From contig JBGSVZ010000089.1 in NCBI GenBank assembly GCA_041752695.1, positions 1-33,082 on the forward strand: 33,082 bases of DNA, read 5' to 3'. The DNA is from Terrimicrobiaceae bacterium (lineage in GTDB: Bacteria > Verrucomicrobiota > Verrucomicrobiia > Chthoniobacterales > Terrimicrobiaceae). Position 1 is the stretch's first letter. Each line of letters opens with the position of its first letter. Of this stretch, positions 22,701-29,141 are shown one piece after another. The notes beneath the pieces were generated by a model. It saw nothing but the letters and a program-made list of their open reading frames with translations. It was not told the origin of the DNA and did no database searches. The position numbers and the translations under genes were made by a program.

Positions 22701-22742
22701 GCCCCGTGTGAATCTGCGGCCCATTGAAAACAGTGAGGACAT
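16746..22742 (-). CDS. Giant Gly-rich surface protein (~1998 aa) with about 18 AQS(I/V)GGGGG beta-solenoid-type repeats and a C-terminal PEP-CTERM sorting signal
   Basis: Signal peptide ...FFVLLVFLLVAAKAAA-Q, repeated GxxAQSxGGGGG units and C-terminus VPEPGAALLVLLGAGGILLRRR. The start is ATG 22742 or 22724, not 23186. Confidence 0.9.
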   Translation of the reverse strand: MSSLFSMGRRFTRGEGSFFVLLVFLLVAAKAAAQPAISDSGDLTITGPSSNTYTVILSGTDGAPMSASFNAQNGDPTVYPITVQFAGNPITITGTNGNSPISIFSNTGDITVGATTNITVNDMANPTGAFGDSLGFAAIDFRVSSPPNYDTAGVPGAAIVLTHTGTLQLNGSNTFVGGAVTLNPPGTRTAQVSGIQAVSSGVEDSSALTFPGGDVTVTTAANSSIRLSQVPGNVVTAGISASTAVGSGDENGGVSGGVATVAVNHGGTITNPSNKGAGIMATATGAQFTNASPAVALAGDVIVTLSGGSRISLLEADTGVGVFAVSEAYTVQDTNKGQSVQGGTVNVTTEANSTVTVGNTNAKLSIGLLAVSAGTDVLINPFSPQQTSGKSGQGSGGQVVVDHSGTITSSGTASFGVAALSIGGAAFVTGNGGPGYLGSDGATVPGNGAEVSVTTELGSIVNTDGAGAHGIVALSVANGGVILNEFSGTSEADGFIIGNSENSSGAATLGGSVTVVHGGEIITGSGREEAQASIGIVAQSIGGGGGSAGGKPAAFVGDQGGAGGDGGTVGVNTAAGSRILTLDTNSLGVLAQSIGGGGGNGGNAFGLFVAVGGKGGSGGEGGAVNVGVGGVLETLADHSTGVMAQSVGGGGGHGGTATEIGAGVGLGMGGKGGSGGSGGVVTGTVGAGGTLTTLGNNSTALHLMSVGGGGGSGGAASSYTVPVGDDGAHLAISLAIGGSGGDGGSGGAISGTNAGVILTGTNTVTFPGAGQPDGADSYGILAQSVGGGGGHGGLATAKSLSFRLSGSGAIADTTTGSTTLGVTLGASVGVGGSGGLAADGGVVGLTNTGSVTTRGDGSHAMIAQSVGGGGGMGGDSTATSTLGARSGLVSSLNLSIGGAGGKAGAGGSVSLTNSGGSSTVRTHGQDASGLVAQSVGGGGGSGGIGNGNLHSPYSGSSTGSGTTPGTSADVLALTIGLGGSGAGGGEAGPAEVTNGGTIRTDGSNSRGIVAQAIGGGGGLGGGGSTDGSNNKITVGVSLGGSGGAGGNASGTNSLGYSVQVGNTGTVETTGNTGTGILAQSIGGGGGAGGNADAQAGVGKIGSITNLLFSATSYSSQVTLGAAIGGGGGGGGRGGTVSVDQAGTVKTEGFQAMGVLAQSISGGGGQGGAATAATNPGLFDVYDGVIQFGAVVSVGGQGGDGHDGGAVGVNIAGQTTTGGYGAHAVVAQSIGGGGGHGADGTADITSSLGLGATVGQSSGTMGDGGAVTVTQTANIATAGGDASGIVAQSISAGGGIASTGQDRHLLSVTPSVGLLPLHLDFTLGVNLSSNDQANGGLVTITSGISTQSSAPQIQTQGDLSHGMVAQSIGAGGGKASSIFGTDSTAYADFSGTISQVISGSTVTSGRGIKLGAVDGHGAGGTVNVNLVNTVITTGVSGSTGYGSYGILAQSLGGGGGLATVDTAAANGMVWLGGTSSASGVGGHGGAVNLNEGGSVTTRGEAAHGVVLQSIGGGGGVAIIGSSREFSGTSAPTGLAVDLTLGSRNSFGLGNAVTSAALLNIQTFGDNAFGLVAQSIGGGGGIATSQQGGTISLGMQAAGSDSYNGGAVIISTDYSNITTSGAGSHGLVAQSVGGGGGIANPSSGSGLTTTPAVVNSGTALGYGGGVDVNVTGTIQTSGAGAFGVVAQSISGGGGLTGSFAGSTGGAHSTGMVGSGTAGNVTVETVGGSLISSNGAGASAIFAQNDTAGSLGAGNVALSVGGTVSGGSGSNGYGIWVDGGNADNLIVVQNTGVVQAGSLQAINYTGADSVDVSNFGTVYGSVSLSDTSGTKGVFTNDEVAGFYAQGLINATVNDNGSLYVGVDNEIGATATFNGLYTQGYSGTIVMDIFALDDYDQMAFTDGGRGVFLDEISINFADTYAPQVNDTFLLIDAGGGVGNTINANWATDSNNGFVGVNLAEGVDWFTSWGAGGSFSITIMGVPEPGAALLVLLGAGGILLRRR

Positions 22743-22753
22743 GTGTTTTATCC

Positions 22754-22773
22754 CCCTAAGGGGATCCCTTAGG
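22754..22773. promoter_or_regulatory. Perfect 20-bp palindrome just upstream of the PEP-CTERM gene
   Basis: CCCTAAGGGATCCCTTAGGG ends 11 nt before ATG 22742 and overlaps the purine-rich AGGGGG. Confidence 0.55.
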
Positions 22774-22888
22774 GTCAAAAATGTGCCGCGAATTGGGAGA
22801 TTGGCAAAGCCAATTTCCGCCGTCGCAGCAAAAAACACCCTGCAACTGGACGCGTGGCGCCAAAGCTGCCCGGGCGGTGATCTTCGAG

Positions 22889-22945
22889 GTTGGAGTCCAG
22901 CCTTTAGGCTGTTCCGGAAAGCACACGATGAAGCGTGAACTCCCA
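22889..22945 (+). repeat. GGAG-type REP doublet (REPIN-like), copy 2
   Basis: GTTGGAGTCCAGCCTTTAGGCTG-ttccggaaagca-CACGATGAAGCGTGAACTCCCA, in the same orientation as copy 1. Confidence 0.8.
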
Positions 22946-23006
22946 CGCTACGCCAAACTCGGCGAATCGGCTTGATTTTGCCACAGACCGGACGACCATA
23001 GAACCC

Positions 23007-23285
23007 ATGATCGAACTCGAGGTCTACGCGGCAGGTGTGCGCCACCCGGACAAAATGATGGCCCTGGCGCTCGAATTGGACGGCATCTCCGGCCTGCGCT
23101 ACAAAGTGGATACGAACCACGACATCGTCTACATGGAGTTCAGCGATCAACCCCCCACGGTGACCGGCATCGAAGCCGTCTTCCACAAGTTGGAACTCGA
23201 TGCCAAATTTGTCGGGCAGCTCCCGCCGGAAGTGGATTCGAAGAAAAAGACCCAGCGCATCGACATTGATGCCGCAGAGGCCTGA
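23007..23285 (+). CDS. Small hypothetical protein (92 aa), HMA/ferredoxin-like pattern without CxxC
   Basis: MIELEVYAAGVRHPDKMMALALELDGISGLRYKVDTNHDIVYMEF...TGIEAVFHKLELDAKFVG parallels the CopZ-like beta-alpha-beta-beta-alpha-beta pattern. The stop overlaps the mlaE start (TGATG). Confidence 0.75.
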   Translation: MIELEVYAAGVRHPDKMMALALELDGISGLRYKVDTNHDIVYMEFSDQPPTVTGIEAVFHKLELDAKFVGQLPPEVDSKKKTQRIDIDAAEA

Positions 23286-24076
23286 TGCCTTTGGTCAACT
23301 TTTTCGGAAGCGCGCTTTCCGGATTTTTCGTCTGCCTCGGGCAGGTCGCCCAACTGGCCGGGGAAACGTTTGGTTCCATCCTTAAGGGCCGCATCCGCCC
23401 CAAACTCGTCCTCTATCAGATCGCCGAGATCGGCTATCGCTCACAGCTGGTCGTCGTCGTGACCGGCGCGTTCACCGGGGCCGTTCTGACCGCGCAGGTG
23501 TATTTCCAGTTTTCCAGCCTCGGCATGGGCACGGGCGTGGGCCCGGTCGTCACCCTGGCCATGTTCCGCGAGCTCGGACCCGTGCTCACCGGACTGATGG
23601 TCGCCGGCCGTGTCGGCGCGGCCATGAGCGCCGAGATCGGCACGATGAAAGTCACCCAGCAAATCGACGCCCTCCGCGCCCTGGCCGTCAATCCGGTGGA
23701 CTACCTGGTGGTTCCGCGGGCCGTCGCCATGTTGATTTCCATGCCGCTCCTGGTGGTGGAATGTGTCGGCTGCGGGGTGGTCGCGTCCTATTTTGTCGCC
23801 GTCAAGGTGCTCCACATCGAGGCCGTTTATTTTGTGGTGAACGTCCAGAAATTCACCGATGCCAGCGATATCAGCATGGCCCTGATCAAAGGGTTTGTTT
23901 TCGCCATTCTCATCGTGTTCATCAGTTGCCGCGAGGGTCTCCACGCCCGGGACGGGGCCGTGGGCGTAGGCCGGGCCACCACCGAGGCGGTGGTCATCTG
24001 TTCGCTCGCCGTCCTGATCGCCAACTTTTTCCTCACCATGTTTCTCAACATCCTCTTCCCCGCCGGCGGTTGGTAA
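23285..24076 (+). CDS. mlaE: MlaE-family ABC permease
   Basis: Motifs RELGPVLTGLMVAGRVGAAMSAEIGTMKVTQQIDAL, YLVVPR and GAVGVGRATTEAVV. Confidence 0.95.
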   Translation: MPLVNFFGSALSGFFVCLGQVAQLAGETFGSILKGRIRPKLVLYQIAEIGYRSQLVVVVTGAFTGAVLTAQVYFQFSSLGMGTGVGPVVTLAMFRELGPVLTGLMVAGRVGAAMSAEIGTMKVTQQIDALRALAVNPVDYLVVPRAVAMLISMPLLVVECVGCGVVASYFVAVKVLHIEAVYFVVNVQKFTDASDISMALIKGFVFAILIVFISCREGLHARDGAVGVGRATTEAVVICSLAVLIANFFLTMFLNILFPAGGW

Positions 24077-24837
24077 TGAGCCCGGAACCTCTCATCTCCG
24101 TGCGCGATCTCGTGCAAAAGATCGGCCGCCAGGAAATCCTCCGCGGTTTCTCGATCGATATTTTTAAGGGCGAGACACTCGTCCTGCTGGGCAAAAGCGG
24201 CGGCGGGAAAAGCGTCTTTCTGCGTCATCTCATCGGCCTGATGAAACCCGTCTCCGGCCAGATCCTTTTCGAGGGCCAGGACGTCGCCACCCTGGGCGAA
24301 CGCGCCCTCGAGCCCGTCCGCCGCAAGATCGGCATGCTGTTTCAGGATGGCGCGCTGTTCGACTCGATGAACGTTCAGGAAAACGTCGCCTTCCCCCTCC
24401 GGGAACGCGGCGAGCGGGACGAAAAGGTGATCGCCCGCAAAGTCCACGACGCCCTCGCCATGGTTAACATGAACGGGCATGACAAAAAGATGCCCGGCAA
24501 TCTTTCCGGCGGCATGCGCAAACGCGTCGCCCTGGCCCGCGCCATCATTTCTCCGCCGGACGTCATTCTCTACGACGAACCCACCGCTGGACTCGACCCG
24601 ATTGTTTCCGACAGCATCAACAAGCTGATTCGACGCTTGCAGAAGCAACTCTCCGTCACTTCCATTGTCGTCACCCACGACATGATCAGCTGTTATCACA
24701 TCGCCGACCGGGTGGCCTTGCTCAACGAGGGCAAACGCTACTTTTACGGCACACCCAACGATCTTCGCACCACCACGGATCCCGTGATTCGCGATTTCGT
24801 GGACGGACGCTCCCCCGACGACGACAAGCCCTTATGA
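24076..24837 (+). CDS. mlaF: MlaF-family ABC ATPase
   Basis: Walker A GKSGGGKS, FQDGALFDSM, LSGGMRKRVALAR, LYDEPTAGLDP and VTHD. The ATG overlaps the mlaE stop (TAATG). Confidence 0.95.
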   Translation: MSPEPLISVRDLVQKIGRQEILRGFSIDIFKGETLVLLGKSGGGKSVFLRHLIGLMKPVSGQILFEGQDVATLGERALEPVRRKIGMLFQDGALFDSMNVQENVAFPLRERGERDEKVIARKVHDALAMVNMNGHDKKMPGNLSGGMRKRVALARAIISPPDVILYDEPTAGLDPIVSDSINKLIRRLQKQLSVTSIVVTHDMISCYHIADRVALLNEGKRYFYGTPNDLRTTTDPVIRDFVDGRSPDDDKPL

Positions 24838-25808
24838 GCACTCAGGAAAACACCACCATGTTGCGGGTCGGCATTTTTATGGCCATCGGCCTGGCCGTCA
24901 TCGCCGCCATGGTTGTCTATTTCGGCCGCTTCGGCGACGCCGTCCGCAGCTACTACAATCTCCGCGCCGAATTCCCCGACGCCAGCGGCATTTACCAGGG
25001 CGCGGGCGTCCTCCTAGCCGGCGCCAAGGTGGGCATCGTCGAGAGCAATCCTGTCATCCTTCCCGACATGGATGGCGTCTATGTGAACCTGAAGATCTAC
25101 GACAACGTCGAGATCCCCAGCAAATCGGATTTCCTCATCGGCAGTTCCGGACTCCTCGGGGACAAATTTGTCCAGATCGTCATCGGGCCCGGAGCCAAGG
25201 ATTCCCCGCCGATCAAGCCCGATAGCGTGATCAAAGGCCGCACCGAGTCTGGCATCGGCGACCTCACCACCAAAGCCGGAGCGGTGATGGAAGAGCTGCA
25301 GGAAACCGTGGCCAACATCAAAAGCATCACCGGCAAAATCGACACCGGCGTCTTCACCGGCACAACCGTCGGCGACCTCAACAGCACCGTCTCCCACCTG
25401 AAAAACGTCGCCGCCAAACTCGATGAGCAGGTCTTTTCCGGCACGACCACCGGAGACCTCAGCACGACCATCGCCAACCTCAAACAAACCAGCGCCTCGT
25501 TTGCCGAATCCGCCAAAAAACTCGACGGCGTCATCGCCAAGGTCGAAACCGCCATCGGCACCGGGGACGAGGCCATGAAATCCGCCAAGGCCACCGCCGA
25601 ATCCGCCAAATCCGCGGCGGACGAACTGAAAAAGACCATCAGCGAAGTCCGCGGCATCGTCCAGGAAACCAAGAAGGGCCGCGGTGCCCTCGGTGCCCTC
25701 CTGGTCGATCGCGAGATGGCCGAAAATCTCAAAGCCCTTGTCTCCAACATGCGGCGCAACGGCATCCTTTTCTACAAAGACAAAGCCGCGCCACCGGCCG
25801 AGCGCTGA
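24834..25808 (+). CDS. mlaD: MlaD/MCE-family protein with a long helical C-terminal extension
   Basis: N-terminal TM, MCE motifs ASGIYQGAGVLLAGAKVG and SGLLGDKFVQI, and a coiled-coil-like C-terminal half. ATGA overlap with mlaF. Confidence 0.92.
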   Translation: MSTQENTTMLRVGIFMAIGLAVIAAMVVYFGRFGDAVRSYYNLRAEFPDASGIYQGAGVLLAGAKVGIVESNPVILPDMDGVYVNLKIYDNVEIPSKSDFLIGSSGLLGDKFVQIVIGPGAKDSPPIKPDSVIKGRTESGIGDLTTKAGAVMEELQETVANIKSITGKIDTGVFTGTTVGDLNSTVSHLKNVAAKLDEQVFSGTTTGDLSTTIANLKQTSASFAESAKKLDGVIAKVETAIGTGDEAMKSAKATAESAKSAADELKKTISEVRGIVQETKKGRGALGALLVDREMAENLKALVSNMRRNGILFYKDKAAPPAER

Positions 25809-25846
25809 CCTCAAGGAGGCCGTCCCTCCCCAAAAACCCGCACCGC

Positions 25847-26542
25847 ATGCCGCCCGCCCCACGCCCCGCCACCACCACCGAGGCCTATCTGGTCAGCGGC
25901 ATAGGCGGCTGCGTCGACGCCATCGGCGTGATCACCCTGAGCGGGCTCTTTGTCTCCCACATGAGTGGCAACACCGCCGCCTTGGGTGCCCTCCTGGGCC
26001 AGGGCCAATGGACTGCCGGCTGGCCGCATCTTTTTGCCATCCCGGTTTTTGTCATCGGACTCTTTCTCGGCTACCTCTGGACCGGCAGGGAACCCAGCCT
26101 TCGCCGCTGCGCCGTCATTTTTTTCTTCGAGGCGATCTTGCTCACCGTCTTTGGCCTTGGCTACCTCGTGACCGGCGGGCCACGACCCGACACCCCGGTC
26201 TATTTTCTTCTGGCCGCCGCCCCGTTGCTTGCCATGGGCCTGCAAAATGCCACTCTCCGCCAGATCGGCCGCTCGGCTTTTCCCTCCACCTACGTCACCG
26301 GCGTGCTGGATCGTTTCGCCCAGACCTCTGCGGAATGCTGGCGAACACGCGGCACCAGCCACGCCGCCGCTTCGCGCGCGGATGCGCTGGCGGCTCTCGG
26401 AATTTGGGTCGCTTACGTGACCGGCGCCCTGATTGGCGGCGCGGGTCTGCTCGCTTTCCGACCGGCGATTCTGCTCCTGCCAATCACCATCCTTCTGGGC
26501 CTCGCCGTGAACTTTTCGAGGAAAGCGGAGCGAGGAGGATGA
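25847..26542 (+). CDS. YoaK/DUF1275 family membrane protein
   Basis: Motifs GCVDAIG...FVSHMSGNT, AMGLQNA and TYVTG, with multiple TM segments. Confidence 0.85.
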   Translation: MPPAPRPATTTEAYLVSGIGGCVDAIGVITLSGLFVSHMSGNTAALGALLGQGQWTAGWPHLFAIPVFVIGLFLGYLWTGREPSLRRCAVIFFFEAILLTVFGLGYLVTGGPRPDTPVYFLLAAAPLLAMGLQNATLRQIGRSAFPSTYVTGVLDRFAQTSAECWRTRGTSHAAASRADALAALGIWVAYVTGALIGGAGLLAFRPAILLLPITILLGLAVNFSRKAERGG

Positions 26543-26690
26543 GGCGGGCATGAGTTATTAATCTTCGGTTTCATGCCTGACCAAAACGAATGTCCCTAGT
26601 GGCACATACAAGCGGTGGCGGGAGAAGGGTTCGGAAAGCCGACGACACTCTCGATTAGCAAGTCGTGCGAAAGGAGTTTAGGGTGCTCCT

Positions 26691-27278
26691 ATGAGGAAGT
26701 TCGTTGTGCCGGTTTTGATCATGGTCGTCGCTCTGGCTTTTGTTTTGGTGAGTTGCCAGGTCAGCCGGGCCGGATATGAATCCGCTCCCTATCGAGTCGT
26801 TCGTTCCGCTGGTGATTTCGAGGTCCGGGACTACCCGCCTCTGACGGTGGCTGAAACGCCGATGGACGTGAGCGGATCGGATGGGAGCTTTAACCGGCTC
26901 TTCCGCTTCATCTCGGGTAGAAATAATGCTGAGCAAAAGATCGCCATGACGACCCCGGTCATCATGTCTGGGACAGGTGCAGAAGCCACCATGGCCTTTG
27001 TGATGCCTGCCACGATCAAAGAGGGTGCGGTTCCCAAGCCAGAGGATGAAGCCGTAAAGGTTCGGGAAATCGACGCTGGGCGATTTGTCTCCCTCCGGTT
27101 TTCGGGTGGACGTTCTGCCAAAAACGAAGCTGACGCCTTGCGGCGCTTGACGGAATGGATGGCTGGTCAGGGACTCGCTGTTTTGTCTGCACCGGTCTAC
27201 GCGTATTTTGATCCTCCTTGGACACCCATTTTTCTCCGTCGAAACGAAGTCATGGTGCGCACAACCGGCGAGAACTGA
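26691..27278 (+). CDS. SOUL-family heme-binding protein with an export signal (possible lipoprotein)
   Basis: Motifs YESAPYRV, FEVRDYP, FNRLFRFISG.N...KIAMTTPV, MAFVMP and FDPPWTPIFLRRNEV. The hydrophobic N-terminus ends in LVSC. Confidence 0.9.
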   Translation: MRKFVVPVLIMVVALAFVLVSCQVSRAGYESAPYRVVRSAGDFEVRDYPPLTVAETPMDVSGSDGSFNRLFRFISGRNNAEQKIAMTTPVIMSGTGAEATMAFVMPATIKEGAVPKPEDEAVKVREIDAGRFVSLRFSGGRSAKNEADALRRLTEWMAGQGLAVLSAPVYAYFDPPWTPIFLRRNEVMVRTTGEN

Positions 27279-27396
27279 GCGTCCCCAATTGGCATGAAGA
27301 GGAAAGTGGCCAGGCATGGTTTCCTGATTCTTTGGCGAAAAACTTTGCCTTCATGACAAGAAACTTGCCTGACCCGCTGTACCGGGCGCCCTGAAG

Positions 27397-28164
27397 TTAC
27401 TGCTCGGAATAATTCCAGAGCAGCCCGCCGTCCACGATGATGGTGGTTCCCGTGATGTAGTCGGAATCACTGGAAGCCAGGAAAGCCGCCACGCCGGCCA
27501 CGTCCGCGCCTGAGCCGAGACGGTTGAGCGGGATGTTGGCCAACAGCGCCTTGAGCAGGTCGGGGGAATTCAGCAGCTTGGTATTGATCGGGGTCTGAAT
27601 CGCCCCGGGGGCGATGTTATTGATCGTGATGCCGAGCGGGGCGAGTTCGATCGCCAAGTCCCGGCAGAGCATTTTCAGCGCACCCTTGCTCGCGCAGTAG
27701 GTCGAGAAATGCGGGAAAGGCAGCTCTTCGTGCACCGAGCTGATGTTGATGATTTTGCCCGGACGGTTCGTCGCGCGCAGGTGATTGACAAAATCCTGGG
27801 TGAGGAAAAAGGTGCCGCGCAGGTTGATCTTCAGGACAAAATCAAATTCCTCCTCGGTCACGTCCCAGAAATCCGCATGTTTTTCGACGCCGGCGTTGTT
27901 CACCAGGATGTCAATTTTGCCGAGGGCCTCCACGCCCTGCTGGATGAGGCGGCGGTCGTCGTCGGTGTTGGCCAGATCGCCTCCAAGCACGACGGCTTTG
28001 CGGCCGAGCGCTTCGATTTGCTTTTGGGTTTCGACGGCGCCGGCATTGCCCGGACGGTCATCGATCAGAATGTCTGCGCCTTCCTGTGCGAGACGGAGGG
28101 CGATGGCCTGGCCGATGCCTTGGGCGCTTCCAGTGATCAGGGCGGATTTTCCAGCGAGTTTCAT
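27397..28164 (-). CDS. gdh: SDR oxidoreductase, glucose 1-dehydrogenase-like
   Basis: Motifs TGSAQGIG, VNNAG, NISSVHEELPFPHFSTYCASKG (Bacillus GDH-like SSVHE...YxxSK) and PGAIQTPIN. The substrate is inferred. Confidence 0.8.
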   Translation of the reverse strand: MKLAGKSALITGSAQGIGQAIALRLAQEGADILIDDRPGNAGAVETQKQIEALGRKAVVLGGDLANTDDDRRLIQQGVEALGKIDILVNNAGVEKHADFWDVTEEEFDFVLKINLRGTFFLTQDFVNHLRATNRPGKIINISSVHEELPFPHFSTYCASKGALKMLCRDLAIELAPLGITINNIAPGAIQTPINTKLLNSPDLLKALLANIPLNRLGSGADVAGVAAFLASSDSDYITGTTIIVDGGLLWNYSEQ

Positions 28165-28226
28165 AAGGGAGGGGTGTCAGGATGCGGTGGAGTCGTCAAT
28201 CGAAGACATGCGACAACTTCGCCTCC

Positions 28227-29141
28227 TCAGGCGGCGAAGTAGGGTTCGGCCAGCCCCTGGCAACCGGGGAAGGCATGGAAGAGGCTGCCCGCCAGCGGCT
28301 GGGCCAGATTCTGCTCCGGCGTGAGGCACTCGCGGGCGGTGGTGATGTAAAGATCCCGAAACTCCGGCCCGCCGAAGGTGCAGCAGGTTCCCCGCTTGGG
28401 CGGGAAAGTGATCATGCGCTCCAGTTTGCCGTCGGGACTGAAACGCAGCATCCGCCCGTAGTTGACCAAGGCGCTCCACACGCCACCGTCCGCATCCACC
28501 GTCAGACCGTCCGGCAGACCTTCCGCGGCGGGTTCCGTCTCGTAAAAAACCCGCCGGTTGGCGATCTCACCCGACTCCGGATCAAAGTCGTAGGCAAAAA
28601 CGGTGTAGCGCAGGGTGTCGGTGTAATACATCGTCCGACCATCCGGGCTCCAGCCGGTGCCATTGGAGATGGTGACCTCCGGAATTTTGGCCACGACCTT
28701 TCCCGGAGCGTCAAAACGATAGAGCGCGGCGTCGGGGCGACCGATGTGGACCTCATTCATCGTGCCGGCCCAGAACCGTCCCTGACGATCCACCTTGCCA
28801 TCGTTGAAACGGTTTTCCGGCTGGTCGCCTTCGACGAGATCGAGCATTTCCAGAGCGCCGGTGGCGGGATCGAAATACGCGAGATTCTTTTTCAGCGAGG
28901 TGATCAACCCTCCCGCCCGACGCTTGGCGATGGAAGTCACCTTGGTGGGCAGAACGTGGGTGGTGTTGGCCCGGGTGGAGGGATCAAACCGGTGAACTTC
29001 CCCGCGGTCGATGTCCACCCAGTAGAGCACGTTTTCGCGTTCGTCCCAGACGGGAGACTCTCCCAGGATGGAGTCGTGCAGGTAAACCGGCTGGGCTTCC
29101 GAGGTGGGGACTTTGGGCAGGTGGCGCGGGTCAATTTTCAT
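28227..29141 (-). CDS. SMP-30/gluconolactonase/LRE family protein
   Basis: Motifs LGESPVWD, RFNDGKVD..GRFWAGTM, SNGTGWSPDG, PDGLTVD and FGG..LYITTA. ATG 29141 overlaps the EamA stop (ATGA). Confidence 0.93.
   Translation of the reverse strand: MKIDPRHLPKVPTSEAQPVYLHDSILGESPVWDERENVLYWVDIDRGEVHRFDPSTRANTTHVLPTKVTSIAKRRAGGLITSLKKNLAYFDPATGALEMLDLVEGDQPENRFNDGKVDRQGRFWAGTMNEVHIGRPDAALYRFDAPGKVVAKIPEVTISNGTGWSPDGRTMYYTDTLRYTVFAYDFDPESGEIANRRVFYETEPAAEGLPDGLTVDADGGVWSALVNYGRMLRFSPDGKLERMITFPPKRGTCCTFGGPEFRDLYITTARECLTPEQNLAQPLAGSLFHAFPGCQGLAEPYFAA

Noticed and set aside
22743..23186. N-terminal 148-aa extension of the 2146-aa ORF
   Set aside because: It crosses a REP doublet, runs antisense to the 23007-23285 gene and precedes a clear signal peptide, so it is an open-frame artefact.
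23761..24075. Extended start of the ABC ATPase ORF (358 aa)
   Set aside because: It overlaps mlaE out of frame; the coupled ATG at 24076 gives a normal MlaF.
28177..28209. 10-codon ORF MSSIDDSTAS with an upstream GGAGG between the lactonase and gdh
   Set aside because: It is too short, the SD spacing is 12 nt and there is no supporting evidence.
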